Under the pieces are notes generated by a model. That model was given only the letters and a program-made list of their open reading frames with translations. It made no database searches and had not been told where the DNA came from. Positions 1 through 9,146 of a DNA stretch of 64,000 nucleotides are shown here, in pieces. This stretch comes from Verrucomicrobiota bacterium (GTDB lineage Bacteria; Verrucomicrobiota; Lentisphaeria; Lentisphaerales; Lentisphaeraceae). Within the stretch, counting starts at the first letter, position 1. Each line of letters starts with the position of its first letter. The translations under genes and the position numbers were made by a program. The stretch covers positions 58,832 to 122,831 of the forward strand of contig JBDKFG010000006.1 of NCBI GenBank assembly GCA_039798785.1. Reading direction: 5' to 3'.

Positions 1-610
1 CGGCGATGAAGACCAGACCAGGTACGAGGGAGATCCAGAAGACGCTGCGCCAAGCGAAGTCCTTGGCTTCGGCCAGCTGCGCCGCAACCTCGATGCCGTC
101 GAGATGCCGGCTGAAAGCGAGTGCCATCAAGGCCGAAGCCAAAAGGCCGGCGACCAGCATCCACTGGAAGATGCCAGTCCCCGTGCCGCGTTGACCGGCG
201 ACCAGGGTCTCGGCAAGATACAGCGGGATCACCACGCCGATGAATCCGGCGCTGACTCCCTGCAGCAGCCGCCCGACGACCAGGGGACCGAAGCCATCCG
301 CCATGGCGATCATCGGGATGCTGAGGACGAATAGGACGCCGCTGACGATCATCATCGGGCGCCGCCCGATGATCTCGGTGCAGGCGCCGGCACAGAGCGT
401 CGATATCACCGAGCCGAGCAGCACGGCGGCGACGATCACCGACAGCTGACCGGCGCTCAAGGGCAGGCCGGAGGCTGAATCCTTGAAGGTCGCCTCCATG
501 TAGGGCAGTACGCCGGCGATGATGCCGACGTCGATGCCGTAGAGAAGACCTCCGAGACCGGCAACGAAAAGGAGGAGCTTGCGCTCGCGTTTCTTGGGCT
601 GAGGATTCAT
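1..610 (-). CDS. Sugar porter family MFS transporter (partial, runs off the left edge)
   Basis: Manual translation from ATG at 610: MNPQPKKRERKLLLFVAGLGGLLYGIDVGIIAG...IIGRR...GRLLQGVSAG...PLYLAE, which are sugar-porter motifs. Paralog of 52679..54349. Confidence 0.9.
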   Translation of the reverse strand, partial: MNPQPKKRERKLLLFVAGLGGLLYGIDVGIIAGVLPYMEATFKDSASGLPLSAGQLSVIVAAVLLGSVISTLCAGACTEIIGRRPMMIVSGVLFVLSIPMIAMADGFGPLVVGRLLQGVSAGFIGVVIPLYLAETLVAGQRGTGTGIFQWMLVAGLLASALMALAFSRHLDGIEVAAQLAEAKDFAWRSVFWISLVPGLVFIA

Positions 611-719
611 CGAGTCGACCTTCCTGGGGCTTGGGCAATCACTGGGATTCGGCTTGGTCGTCAAGGAGGTCCAGCCGCGGCTCCTTGACCGACATTCACT
701 GCAATGCCTCCCGATGACT

Positions 720-776
720 GAATTTGACAGCAAGAGCGAAGCTTTGGTAAAATTTAAAAATCCATGTCAAATTCCG
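720..776. promoter_or_regulatory. Divergent control region: inverted GAATTTGACA/TGTCAAATTC sites overlapping a possible sigma70 promoter
   Basis: Perfect 10-bp inverted repeat at 720-729 and 765-774. TTGACA (724-729), 18-bp spacer, TAAAAT (748-753) with extended -10 TG. Confidence 0.55.
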
Positions 777-872
777 GCATTCAGACGCATTTCCAGTATG
801 GTAGGAAGGTTAAGCCAAATCTTGGGACGCCTTTCCTGGTCGTGAACGGAACGCCAAAACAAGGAATCCATC

Positions 873-1565
873 ATGTCGACCGCGATTTCGATTCTCCTGA
901 TCGCCCTGCTAGTGCTGCTGGTGAAAAAAAGGCTTCAGACTCCGGCCCGGCGACTGGCTGCGGCGGTTTTCCTGCTGATCGGGGTCCTCGCTTCGCAGGT
1001 ATACGAAAAATGGCAAGAGTCGCGCAGCGGGCGCGACGAACGGCTGATGAAGATCCAGGCGCTTCAATCCAAGCTGCCCTATGCAGTGTCATTGGCAGCT
1101 GAACTCAGCCGGAACAAAGTCGTCTTTGTCATCAGAAATCCGGTTTTTGATCCGCGCTCCAAAAGCGCCTCGAACGGCCAGGCCGGAACCTCCTTGAGCA
1201 AATTGCAGGTTCCCTTCCCGCCCGACATCAAACTCTTCGACATGGAACTCAAAGGGGGCGAATTCAGCCTGAGCGACTGCAAGCCGCTGGAGGCACATCC
1301 TGGCGCCGCAGTGGTTCTGGATTGCGCGGCCTCGGCAGATTCGGAGGCCATCGGACATCTGCTGGAATCAGGACGAGTCATCGTCGTTTCCCAGCAGCGT
1401 CTATATCCTTCGTTCAAGCCCTTGCTCGGCAAGGGCGTGAGCGCCGTCATCACCGACATCAAAAACCCGCCAACGGCCAGTCCTGCCATGGCCTCCCTGC
1501 GAGATCTTTTCCTCAGTCGCTACACCGTCGAAACGGCCAAGACAAACACCCGGGAGACACCATGA
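873..1565 (+). CDS. Hypothetical protein with two N-terminal TM helices (prepilin-partner family)
   Basis: 230 aa with two hydrophobic N-terminal segments. Its stop overlaps the ATG of the prepilin-like gene (ATGA). Confidence 0.8.
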   Translation: MSTAISILLIALLVLLVKKRLQTPARRLAAAVFLLIGVLASQVYEKWQESRSGRDERLMKIQALQSKLPYAVSLAAELSRNKVVFVIRNPVFDPRSKSASNGQAGTSLSKLQVPFPPDIKLFDMELKGGEFSLSDCKPLEAHPGAAVVLDCAASADSEAIGHLLESGRVIVVSQQRLYPSFKPLLGKGVSAVITDIKNPPTASPAMASLRDLFLSRYTVETAKTNTRETP

Positions 1566-2311
1566 AAACCATGGCAAAAAAGTTCACGCTGATCGAACTT
1601 CTGACGGTTGTCTGCGTGATCGCCATCCTGATGGCTCTGCTGTTGCCGGCCATCGGCAGAGCACGCAAGTCGGGCGGGCAAGCGACTTGCTTCAATAACT
1701 ACCATCAAGTCAGCCTCAGCTTCCGGATGTACTCCGACGACAACCTCGGTTGGTGCGTGCCGGCATCCACCTCAGATCCGCTTGACGGCGGACCCTGGGC
1801 GGCCATCTCCTGGGACGACCTTTTCAGCCGCTATGACGGCAGAATGCTGCCATTGTCTCAAATGCAGCTGTATGGCATTCCCACAAGCGACACCAACAAG
1901 GTGAACAAGATCTACAACTGCCCTCTGGACAGCACGGCACCGGGCAGCTTGAACCTGCGCAGCATGGCCATCAATCTCGAAGTCAGCGGCATCTGGAGCG
2001 GCGGCAATTGGGGGCCGGGACCCTGTCGCATCGACGCGATCGCCTCTCCCTCCACAACCGTGTCTTTCGTAGAGCGCTATTACGAAGGCGACGGGACTCG
2101 CAATGCCCTCGGAAATTGGGCCGGAAGTTATTTTCATAACGGCGATGGCCCGATGAACCCGAATTGGATCTTCGGCATTCAGACCTCCAATGACGACTTG
2201 AGCACACCGGTCAGCAATCACCCCAATCCGCAAAATCTCCCCTGGCTCCATGTCGACGGACATGTCGAGATCCAAAGCCGGCTCTACAAGGTCTCGAACT
2301 ATTCCCGTTGA
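1562..2311 (+). CDS. Prepilin-type N-terminal cleavage/methylation domain protein with C-terminal H-X9-DG-type motif
   Basis: MKTMAKKFTLIELLTVVCVIAILMALLLPA..., CPLD, and C-terminal HPNPQNLPWLHVDGHV. Confidence 0.9.
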   Translation: MKTMAKKFTLIELLTVVCVIAILMALLLPAIGRARKSGGQATCFNNYHQVSLSFRMYSDDNLGWCVPASTSDPLDGGPWAAISWDDLFSRYDGRMLPLSQMQLYGIPTSDTNKVNKIYNCPLDSTAPGSLNLRSMAINLEVSGIWSGGNWGPGPCRIDAIASPSTTVSFVERYYEGDGTRNALGNWAGSYFHNGDGPMNPNWIFGIQTSNDDLSTPVSNHPNPQNLPWLHVDGHVEIQSRLYKVSNYSR

Positions 2312-2334
2312 CAGCTCCCTTCGCCAGATCCATC

Positions 2335-2360
2335 AGCCGCCGGACACCGGCGGCTTTTTT
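2335..2360 (+). terminator. Rho-independent terminator
   Basis: AGCCGCCGG-ACA-CCGGCGGCT followed by a T run, just after the stop at 2311. Confidence 0.8.
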
Positions 2361-2478
2361 GCGGCCGGTAAATTCGCGGTTTTCCTGATCTTGCTGTCAA
2401 ATTCCGCTTCCCGCAGGCATTGGACTAGATGGCAAGACGAATTCCCTGCCACGAAACCCCATCCTGAAGGAACAAGCC

Positions 2479-3180
2479 ATGAGCACCAAACGAATTTTCA
2501 CCCTGGTCGAAATGATGGTCGTCGTCGCTCTCGTGCTGGTCCTGCTGTCCTTGCTCCTGCCGGCCTTGGCGCGCATCCGCAATCAAGCCGATATCGCTCT
2601 CTGTGGCAGCAATCTCAAGCAGCTCTACACCTACCACTGGCTCCACGCGAAGGATCATAAAGGCAACATCGTGACCGTCCCGACCCATGTCGGCTACTGC
2701 GAGTTCGATAACTTCGGCCGGACGGGTTGGATTTCTCTCGGCATCATGGATCGCCGGTTGAACTACTACATCGACCCGAATCTGAACAGCTCCTCGCGCT
2801 TGGACATCGTCAACTGCCCCACGGATGCCAAGGAAGGCGGCGCCCTGATCACTAAGAAATACGGGACTTCCTACTACACCAACATCGGCTATCTCACCGG
2901 TGTTTTCGCCTCGCGGAATTACGACGTCATGGACAACCCGAATCCGACTGATTCGATCATGAAAGTCGGCAATCCGTCCCAGATGATGCTGGTGGGGGAG
3001 TTGGGCTTGTACTGGAGGGCAAAAGGGCGCGGCTGGATGAGCTTCGGCGGACACTGGGCCGAAAACAACGAAGGCTCGTTTAATCTGGTCACTGTCGATG
3101 GCAGTCTGAAAACCCGCCAATATCTGGGATGGGGAGCGACCGCCAACAATCAGTTCGACCTGCAGAACCAGCAGCCATGA
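2479..3180 (+). CDS. Prepilin-type N-terminal cleavage/methylation domain protein
   Basis: MSTKRIFTLVEMMVVVALVLVLLSLLLPAL, CxxNLKQ, CPTD, and C-terminal H...NLVTVDGS. Confidence 0.9.
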   Translation: MSTKRIFTLVEMMVVVALVLVLLSLLLPALARIRNQADIALCGSNLKQLYTYHWLHAKDHKGNIVTVPTHVGYCEFDNFGRTGWISLGIMDRRLNYYIDPNLNSSSRLDIVNCPTDAKEGGALITKKYGTSYYTNIGYLTGVFASRNYDVMDNPNPTDSIMKVGNPSQMMLVGELGLYWRAKGRGWMSFGGHWAENNEGSFNLVTVDGSLKTRQYLGWGATANNQFDLQNQQP

Positions 3181-3884
3181 GCCATGTCATGAATGCCGCA
3201 GCCTTCATCCTCACGGTCGCAGCCCTCATCATGAGTGTGGCGGCCAGGCGCAACCCGGCGAGCAAGGCCAGGTTTATGCGGGCGCCTTCAGCCATCCTGG
3301 CCATCCTCTTCGGTGCATCGGGACTGCTCGTCAGCAGCGGCGCAAGACTGCAGGATGGATGCGATCTGGATTCAGCCCGCGCACGTGCCGAATTCATCGT
3401 CCGCACAGCCCAATCGGAAGCCGCCTTGAAATCCTTGTCGGGACAGCGTCTGATCCTGATAACTGGACAGCCCCCCGAAGACGCCCAGCCCAACAAGGAA
3501 TTCCAAATCAGTCTTGAGGAAGTCATGAAAGGCCTTGCCGGATGGAAAATCGAGGTGATTAAAATCCCCAGCGGATTCTCCGCCTTCAAATCGGCAGAGC
3601 TCGAAAAGCGCTTGAGCGGCAAAGAATGGGACGTCCTTGTCAGTTTCATCGGACTTCCGCAAGACCTGGACTGCATGGCTGCCGGCGATCTGGGCGAACT
3701 TTGCGCCAAGCGGGTCGTCATTGTCGGATCAGGATCGATAGAGGATGTCGACAAAGCCCTGGAATTAAAGCTCTTTGACCGGGCCCTCGCGCCCGATTCG
3801 GTCCGGAACCGCAATTACGGCACCTGCCTTGATTGGAAAGGAAGAAACCAAGTCGTGGACATCCGCGGCCAGAGGTCGCCTTGA
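3177..3884 (+). CDS. Hypothetical protein with two N-terminal TM helices (prepilin-partner family)
   Basis: ATG at 3177 overlaps the upstream stop (ATGA). Two TM segments, then an alpha/beta domain with DVLVSFIGLPQD. Confidence 0.8.
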   Translation: MSHVMNAAAFILTVAALIMSVAARRNPASKARFMRAPSAILAILFGASGLLVSSGARLQDGCDLDSARARAEFIVRTAQSEAALKSLSGQRLILITGQPPEDAQPNKEFQISLEEVMKGLAGWKIEVIKIPSGFSAFKSAELEKRLSGKEWDVLVSFIGLPQDLDCMAAGDLGELCAKRVVIVGSGSIEDVDKALELKLFDRALAPDSVRNRNYGTCLDWKGRNQVVDIRGQRSP

Positions 3885-4027
3885 GAATGCGCCGCTCACC
3901 GACGCCGGCGGTTGCAAACGCAAGGAATAGGGACATCATTTGATGCAGCATCATCTTGCCAATCATAAAAATCTGCTTCTAATTTCAAATGCATCCTATA
4001 CGATCTTCCTGTCTTTTGGAGTCCGAA

Positions 4028-4909
4028 ATGAAAAGCCAATTCAAGCCCGAGGGTTTTGCTGGGCAGAAATTACTTCGGCTCGGCAAGGCGCAACAATCAT
4101 GGTGCCGGCAGGATGCGGCGTCGTCGCAGCTCTTCGTCACCGACATTGGCTTCTACCCGCAGGCGGAACGGCATCGCGTCGACCGGCCTGACGGGGCTGC
4201 CGGCTGCGTCTTGATCCTCTGCACCCGTGGCCGCGGCTGGGTTGATACGGGAGGAGGCGAGAAGGAGGTGAAGGCCGGAGAGTTCTTCTTCATTCCCGCT
4301 CGACGGCGGCATGGCTACGGCACTTGTGCGGACAGCTATTGGAGCAAGTACTGGGTCCACTTCGAAGGCGAGATGGCGACGGAGATGGCGGCGCAGCTGG
4401 ACGACGCGACGGAGTCGCCGCAGCTGGCTCCCGAGCCGGCACCCTGCGTCGCCCTGTTCGAGGAGATGATCTCGATCCTCGAGGCGGGGCCCCTGCAGGT
4501 GAATCTGTCGCGGATCAATTTCCGTCTCTGGCACCTGCTCAGCCTCTTTATACACCGCGAGGTGGCGGCGAACCGACTTGAGGGCGGTGCGGCTGCGATT
4601 GAGAGTTGTCTGCATTTTCTCCGCACCCACGTCGGCCAGCGCCTCAGTCTTGAGGCGATGGCGTCGCATGCCGGTCTTTCTCCCAGCCGCTTCTCGGCGC
4701 TTTTCCGGCAGCGGACTGGCACTTCGCCGCTTGATTTCCATATCCAGCTGAAGATGCAGGAAGCCTGCCGGCAGCTGGTGCTCGGACGGGGGCGGATCCA
4801 GGACGTCGCCGCTTCCCTCGGCTATGACAACCCGTATTATTTCTCGCGCCTTTTCCGCCAAGTGGTCGGCCACTCGCCGCGCCAGTACCGCGAACGATTC
4901 CAAGCTTGA
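4028..4909 (+). CDS. AraC family transcriptional regulator
   Basis: N-terminal cupin (EGFAGQ...DIGFYP...YWVHF) and C-terminal AraC HTH (LGYDNPYYFSRLFRQVVGHSPRQYR). Confidence 0.93.
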   Translation: MKSQFKPEGFAGQKLLRLGKAQQSWCRQDAASSQLFVTDIGFYPQAERHRVDRPDGAAGCVLILCTRGRGWVDTGGGEKEVKAGEFFFIPARRRHGYGTCADSYWSKYWVHFEGEMATEMAAQLDDATESPQLAPEPAPCVALFEEMISILEAGPLQVNLSRINFRLWHLLSLFIHREVAANRLEGGAAAIESCLHFLRTHVGQRLSLEAMASHAGLSPSRFSALFRQRTGTSPLDFHIQLKMQEACRQLVLGRGRIQDVAASLGYDNPYYFSRLFRQVVGHSPRQYRERFQA

Positions 4910-4924
4910 CGCGACCCTGCCTCA

Positions 4925-4962
4925 ATCTGGGTCTGCGCCGATGCGGCTTGACCCTGGGCTAC
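4925..4962 (+). repeat. Degenerate REP-like element
   Basis: GCCGATGCGGCTTGACCCTGGGCTA closely matches GCCGATGCGGCTCAACCCTGGGCTA near 6625-6649. Confidence 0.5.
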
Positions 4963-5065
4963 CATGTACGACCCGCAAGAGGTCGAGCAACTGAAAGAAT
5001 TGTGGAGCGCTGCACTATCTCCCCTCGGATCAATCTCTGTCGCCGACGGAGACGGCGAAACCGCA

Positions 5066-6472
5066 TCAATCCTCCTCCTTGCTCGCTCCTCGTGCCGCCA
5101 GAGCGCGTTCGCGGGTGGCCGCGAGATCCAGGACTGGCCAGGGATAGGACTGGCCTAGACTGACCCCAGCGGCGGAACAGAGCAGCGGCTGCTGCCAGGG
5201 AGCATGCAGGATCTTGCTGGGGAGAGATCGGATCTCCGGCACCCAGCGGCGGATGTAGAGTCCTTCGGGATCGAAACGCTGCGACTGAAGCACCGGATTG
5301 AAGATGCGGAAATAGGGCGCGGCATCGGCGCCGCAACCCGCCACCCATTGCCAGCCCAGAGTGTTGTTGGCGAGATCCGCGTCCACCAGATTGTCCCAGA
5401 ACCAGGCGGCGCCGCGGCGCCAGTCCTGGAGTCCGTTTTTGACCAAGAGGGAGGCGGCAATCATCCGCACCCGGTTGTGCATCAGGCCGGTCTGGCGCAA
5501 CTCGCGCATGCCGGCATCGACGATCGGGAAGCCGGTGCGGCCCTGGCGCCAGGCCTTGAGCAGTGAAGAGTCATCAGGCAGCCAGGGGAAGTCGAGCCAG
5601 TCGGAACGCCATTCCCGGTGCGGCGTCTCGGGAAAGGCCCAGAGGAGATGGAAGGCGAATTCCCGCCACAGGATCTGACGGACGAAGGGGGCGGCGCTTT
5701 TCGAGCTGGCCTCAGCCCGGGAGATCACCTGACGGGGTGAGATTTCGCCGAAGTGAAGAGGCGCACTGAGTCGGGAGACACCGTCGACGGCGGGCAGGTC
5801 GCGATCCGCAGAGTAGTCTTCGATGCCATCGCGGCAGAACTCCTCCAGTCGCGCCATCGCCCCAGCCTCGCCGGGACGATGCAACTTGGAGAACCCATCG
5901 GCCCAGTCGCGGCTCGGCAGAAGCTGCAGATCTTCCAGTGGCAGCGATTCCGGCCAGCTTGCCGGAGGGGGCAGCGAAGAAGGTTGCGGCAAGGGCGGCG
6001 GCAGGCTCGGCAAGAGGCTGGCCGCAAGGCGGGAGAAAGGAGTGAAGACCTTGTAAGGCTGGCCCTGGCCGTTAAGCATATCCTTCGGTTCGAAGAGGCT
6101 TCGGGTGGAGAGCTCTTGAACCTCGATTCCCGCTGCGCGGAGGCGTTCCGCGAGGGCCCGGTCGAAAACCCGCGCCGCAGGTTCGAAGCGGCGTCCGAAG
6201 ATCACCCTCCTAGGCCTCAGGCTGAGGATCTCTGCCAGGGTGTCGCCGCGGCGGATCAGCAGGCTCGAGCCCATCTTCTCGAGGCTGCGTCGGTGCTCAA
6301 GCAAGGAATGATGCAGCCACCAGCGCCCGGCGCCCCCCGGGAGCCAGTCGCCCCAGGCGGCGCGGTCCCAGACGAAGAGCGGGAGCACCGCATCGCCACG
6401 ACGCGCAGCCAAATCATAAAGAGGGTTGTCGTTCAGGCGCAACTCTTCTCTCAGCAGGACAACAGTATTCAT
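5066..6472 (-). CDS. phrB: Deoxyribodipyrimidine photolyase
   Basis: LRLNDNP, SRLSAPLHFGEIS, GRTGFPIVDAGMREL, MHNRVRMI, DADLANNTLGWQW, PYFRIFNP. Confidence 0.95.
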   Translation of the reverse strand: MNTVVLLREELRLNDNPLYDLAARRGDAVLPLFVWDRAAWGDWLPGGAGRWWLHHSLLEHRRSLEKMGSSLLIRRGDTLAEILSLRPRRVIFGRRFEPAARVFDRALAERLRAAGIEVQELSTRSLFEPKDMLNGQGQPYKVFTPFSRLAASLLPSLPPPLPQPSSLPPPASWPESLPLEDLQLLPSRDWADGFSKLHRPGEAGAMARLEEFCRDGIEDYSADRDLPAVDGVSRLSAPLHFGEISPRQVISRAEASSKSAAPFVRQILWREFAFHLLWAFPETPHREWRSDWLDFPWLPDDSSLLKAWRQGRTGFPIVDAGMRELRQTGLMHNRVRMIAASLLVKNGLQDWRRGAAWFWDNLVDADLANNTLGWQWVAGCGADAAPYFRIFNPVLQSQRFDPEGLYIRRWVPEIRSLPSKILHAPWQQPLLCSAAGVSLGQSYPWPVLDLAATRERALAARGASKEED

Positions 6473-6545
6473 GCCTTCTTCTCCGGTTCACAGAGAGAAT
6501 ACGCTGAATCCAGAGCCAGCTTACGATAATTTGGACGTGTATCAC

Positions 6546-6715
6546 CCTAGATTCCACACCTGAGCACGAAGCCCCGCGATCCCCTTGGGGTCAAATTTCA
6601 TAACTGTCTCATTCCCAGGGTGTCGCCGATGCGGCTCAACCCTGGGCTAAAATCCCCGACTCCGTTGGAGTCAAGCACAAACTAAACCCCAAAATCTTCA
6701 GGTGTGGAATCTAGG
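6546..6715. mobile_element. MITE-like element with 18-bp perfect terminal inverted repeats (CTAG ends) enclosing a REP-like core
   Basis: CCTAGATTCCACACCTGA (6546-6563) and TCAGGTGTGGAATCTAGG (6698-6715). Internal CCCAGGG..CCCTGGG and CCCCTTGGGG hairpins; no ORF. Confidence 0.7.
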
Positions 6716-6759
6716 ATCACATGTCACACCGAATTGAGCCTGGACTGAGATGCACTCAC

Positions 6760-6976
6760 CCTAAAAACCGCTGTTGAGCAACAGAACCGGGTTGAAAGGT
6801 TGAAAGGTTGCAATGCAAGGCATTGAACAACAAAAGTCAGCAACTATTTGACGCGGACAGGAGAGCTTTCCCATTAGAAGTCATTCCGACGGATCATCGA
6901 ATGAGCTAAGCTATTGCTGTTGCAGCTAATCCTCCCAACCTTTCAACCATCCAACCTTGCAACTGCGGTTTTTAGG
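6760..6976. mobile_element. Second miniature inverted-repeat element with subterminal 8-mer repeats
   Basis: CCTAAAAACCGCTGTTG (6760-6776) matches the reverse complement of CAACTGCGGTTTTTAGG (6960-6976) at 16/17. GGTTGAAA repeats lie inside both arms in opposite orientation. Confidence 0.6.
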
Positions 6977-7223
6977 TTCACTCAAGCTGCTTTTCAGGGA
7001 GTCAGGGAGTCGAAACATCCCCGTACTCCCCAGCTCCCCAACTCCCTAAGCCGCGATCTCGAAATTCGAGTGAGAAAGGAGGAGGGGAGACGGGTCGATG
7101 CTTTTCGAACTCCGTCCGTTTCAGGCTCGCTTGATCGGAATCATCCAGCAGCATCCAGAGCCACTCATGTAAGGTCGGCCGCGATTCCTCGTAATAGACC
7201 CAGGAACGCAAGAGGAGTCCGTC

Positions 7224-7601
7224 GTGTACCCAGCCTTGATCAACTGCCTGCTCGCCGCCCTCTGGATTTTCAGCGGCCTTTGCTTTCTCCGTTCGCCGGC
7301 GGAAAGCGCCCGCCATCTGGGCTACGAGGGCTTGGGGCCACAGGCTCTGGTGGACGTCCGCGCGAGCATCGGCGGCGTCTGCCTGGCCGCCGGGCTCGGC
7401 GCACTTGCCCTGGCCGCGTTCGGCCGTCTCGAGGCAGCGCTCTGGCTGCAAGCCGTGCTTCTCGGCGGTTATGCCGGCGGGCGCGCTATCGGACTCTTCC
7501 TGCTCAAGGGGGAGCCGAGACGGCATCGCCGCTGGCTGCTGGTTGAAATCGGACTTCTCCTCGTCGTCATCAGCGCCATAATCTCTGGAGGCCCCCCATG
7601 A
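7224..7601 (+). CDS. DUF4345-like membrane protein
   Basis: 125 aa with about 4 TM segments and a DVRASIGG...GGR pattern. GTG start after AGGAG. Confidence 0.65.
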   Translation: MYPALINCLLAALWIFSGLCFLRSPAESARHLGYEGLGPQALVDVRASIGGVCLAAGLGALALAAFGRLEAALWLQAVLLGGYAGGRAIGLFLLKGEPRRHRRWLLVEIGLLLVVISAIISGGPP

Positions 7602-8143
7602 AATCCCTTTTCACCGCTCTCTCGCTCTGCAGCCTTCTCTCTTGCAGCTCGGAGTCTCCTCTCTCCTCACTCCCGCCGTCCCCGCCTCCGGGCGTATTCC
7701 CTGCTGTCGCCGGTGACGATCTCACCGGCGTTCCTCGCCAGTTCCCCGCGGCCTTCACGGCCCCCAAAACCCTCGTCATCGTCGCCTTCCTGCATCGTCA
7801 GCAAGCCGATGTGGATGCCTGGTTCAGAGCGCTCGAAATCGAGATCCGCAAGGGCGGAGTCGAATACTTCGAGCTCCCCACCCTCCCTCCCATGGGAAGC
7901 CTGCGGGAATGGCTCCTCTACAAAGGGATGCAAAGCGGCATCCCCGATCCCTGGATGCGACAGCGGGTGGTCACCCTTCACCTCGATAAGTCCGCCTTCA
8001 AGCAGGCCCTCGGAATCTCGTGCGAAGACCATGTCAGCGTTTTTGTCGTCGGCCCGGGTGGACGACTGGCTGGCAGCGTCCAAGGTGCTCTGGATGAAAC
8101 CCGACTCTCTCAAGTCAAAGCCTGGCTGCAAGGATCCCTCTGA
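7598..8143 (+). CDS. Thioredoxin-like (ATP10-like) putative lipoprotein
   Basis: Signal peptide ending LLSC; FPAVAGDDLTG...LVIVAF..RQQADVDAW...GMQSGIPD. Confidence 0.65.
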   Translation: MKSLFTALSLCSLLSCSSESPLSSLPPSPPPGVFPAVAGDDLTGVPRQFPAAFTAPKTLVIVAFLHRQQADVDAWFRALEIEIRKGGVEYFELPTLPPMGSLREWLLYKGMQSGIPDPWMRQRVVTLHLDKSAFKQALGISCEDHVSVFVVGPGGRLAGSVQGALDETRLSQVKAWLQGSL

Positions 8144-9087
8144 TGTTCGACTCGATCAAATGCTGGTTCGACACCCAGACCCAGGCGCCTGTCCGCGGCA
8201 ATCCCGACCGCATCGACTGGCTCCGCGCCATCCCTTTCCTGGCCGTACATGCCGGCTGCCTGGGAGTGATCTGGACCGGGGTCAGCCCGGTTGCGGTGGC
8301 GGTCTGCATCTTCCTCTACGTCCTGCGGATGTTCGCGATCACCGGCTTCTACCACCGCTACTTCTCGCACCGGAGCTTCCGCACCAGCCGCCCTCTGGCC
8401 TTCCTCTTCGCCTTCATCGCTTGCTCCAGCGCCCAGAGGGGGCCGCTGTGGTGGGCGGCCCATCATCGCCATCACCACAAGGATTCCGACCAGCCCGAGG
8501 ATGCTCATTCCCCGGCACGCCACGGCTTCTGGTGGAGCCATTGCGGCTGGTTCCTGGCACCCCGCCACTTCCCCACACGCCATGAGATTCTGCGCGATTT
8601 CAAAGAACATCGCGAGCTGCACTGGCTCAACCGCTTCGACATGCTGGCGCCGGTCCTGCTCGGGCTATCCTGCCTCGCCCTCGGCTGGATCCTCCAGCGC
8701 TGGGCCCCCGCCCTCGAAACCAGCCCGGCCCAAATGCTGGTCGTCGGCTTCGCCTTCTCCACCACCCTGCTCTACCACGGCACCTTCAGCATCAATTCCC
8801 TCTCCCACCTCTGGGGTAGCCGCCCCTACTCCACAGGCGATGACAGCCGCAATAACTTCCTCCTCGCCTTGATCACCCTCGGCGAAGGTTGGCATAACAA
8901 CCACCACCGCTTCCCCGCCTACGCCAATCAGGGACACCGCTGGTGGCAGCTCGATCTCACCCTGATCGGACTCCGCAGCCTAGCTCTCGTCGGCCTCGTC
9001 CGTGATCTCCGCATCCATCTCCATCGTCACGCCAAAAATGCCGAATCCCCAGCACCAAGCCCAGCCCTCGAAGCAGAACATAGCTAA
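8143..9087 (+). CDS. Acyl-CoA (delta-9-type) fatty acid desaturase
   Basis: Three His boxes: HRYFSH, HRHHH, and GEGWHNNHH. Confidence 0.93.
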   Translation: MFDSIKCWFDTQTQAPVRGNPDRIDWLRAIPFLAVHAGCLGVIWTGVSPVAVAVCIFLYVLRMFAITGFYHRYFSHRSFRTSRPLAFLFAFIACSSAQRGPLWWAAHHRHHHKDSDQPEDAHSPARHGFWWSHCGWFLAPRHFPTRHEILRDFKEHRELHWLNRFDMLAPVLLGLSCLALGWILQRWAPALETSPAQMLVVGFAFSTTLLYHGTFSINSLSHLWGSRPYSTGDDSRNNFLLALITLGEGWHNNHHRFPAYANQGHRWWQLDLTLIGLRSLALVGLVRDLRIHLHRHAKNAESPAPSPALEAEHS

Positions 9088-9108
9088 TCCGCTCCAGCAA
9101 AGGATCCC

Positions 9109-9135
9109 AAGCCGCAGCTCTGCTGCGGCTTTTTT
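9109..9135 (+). terminator. Rho-independent terminator
   Basis: AAGCCGCAGC-TCT-GCTGCGGCTT followed by a T run, after the desaturase stop. Confidence 0.8.
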
Positions 9136-9146
9136 AAATCCTTAAA

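Noticed and set aside
6914..7546. 210-aa and 174-aa ORFs over the repeat region
   Set aside because: They translate repeat DNA and overlap the better-supported DUF4345-like gene.
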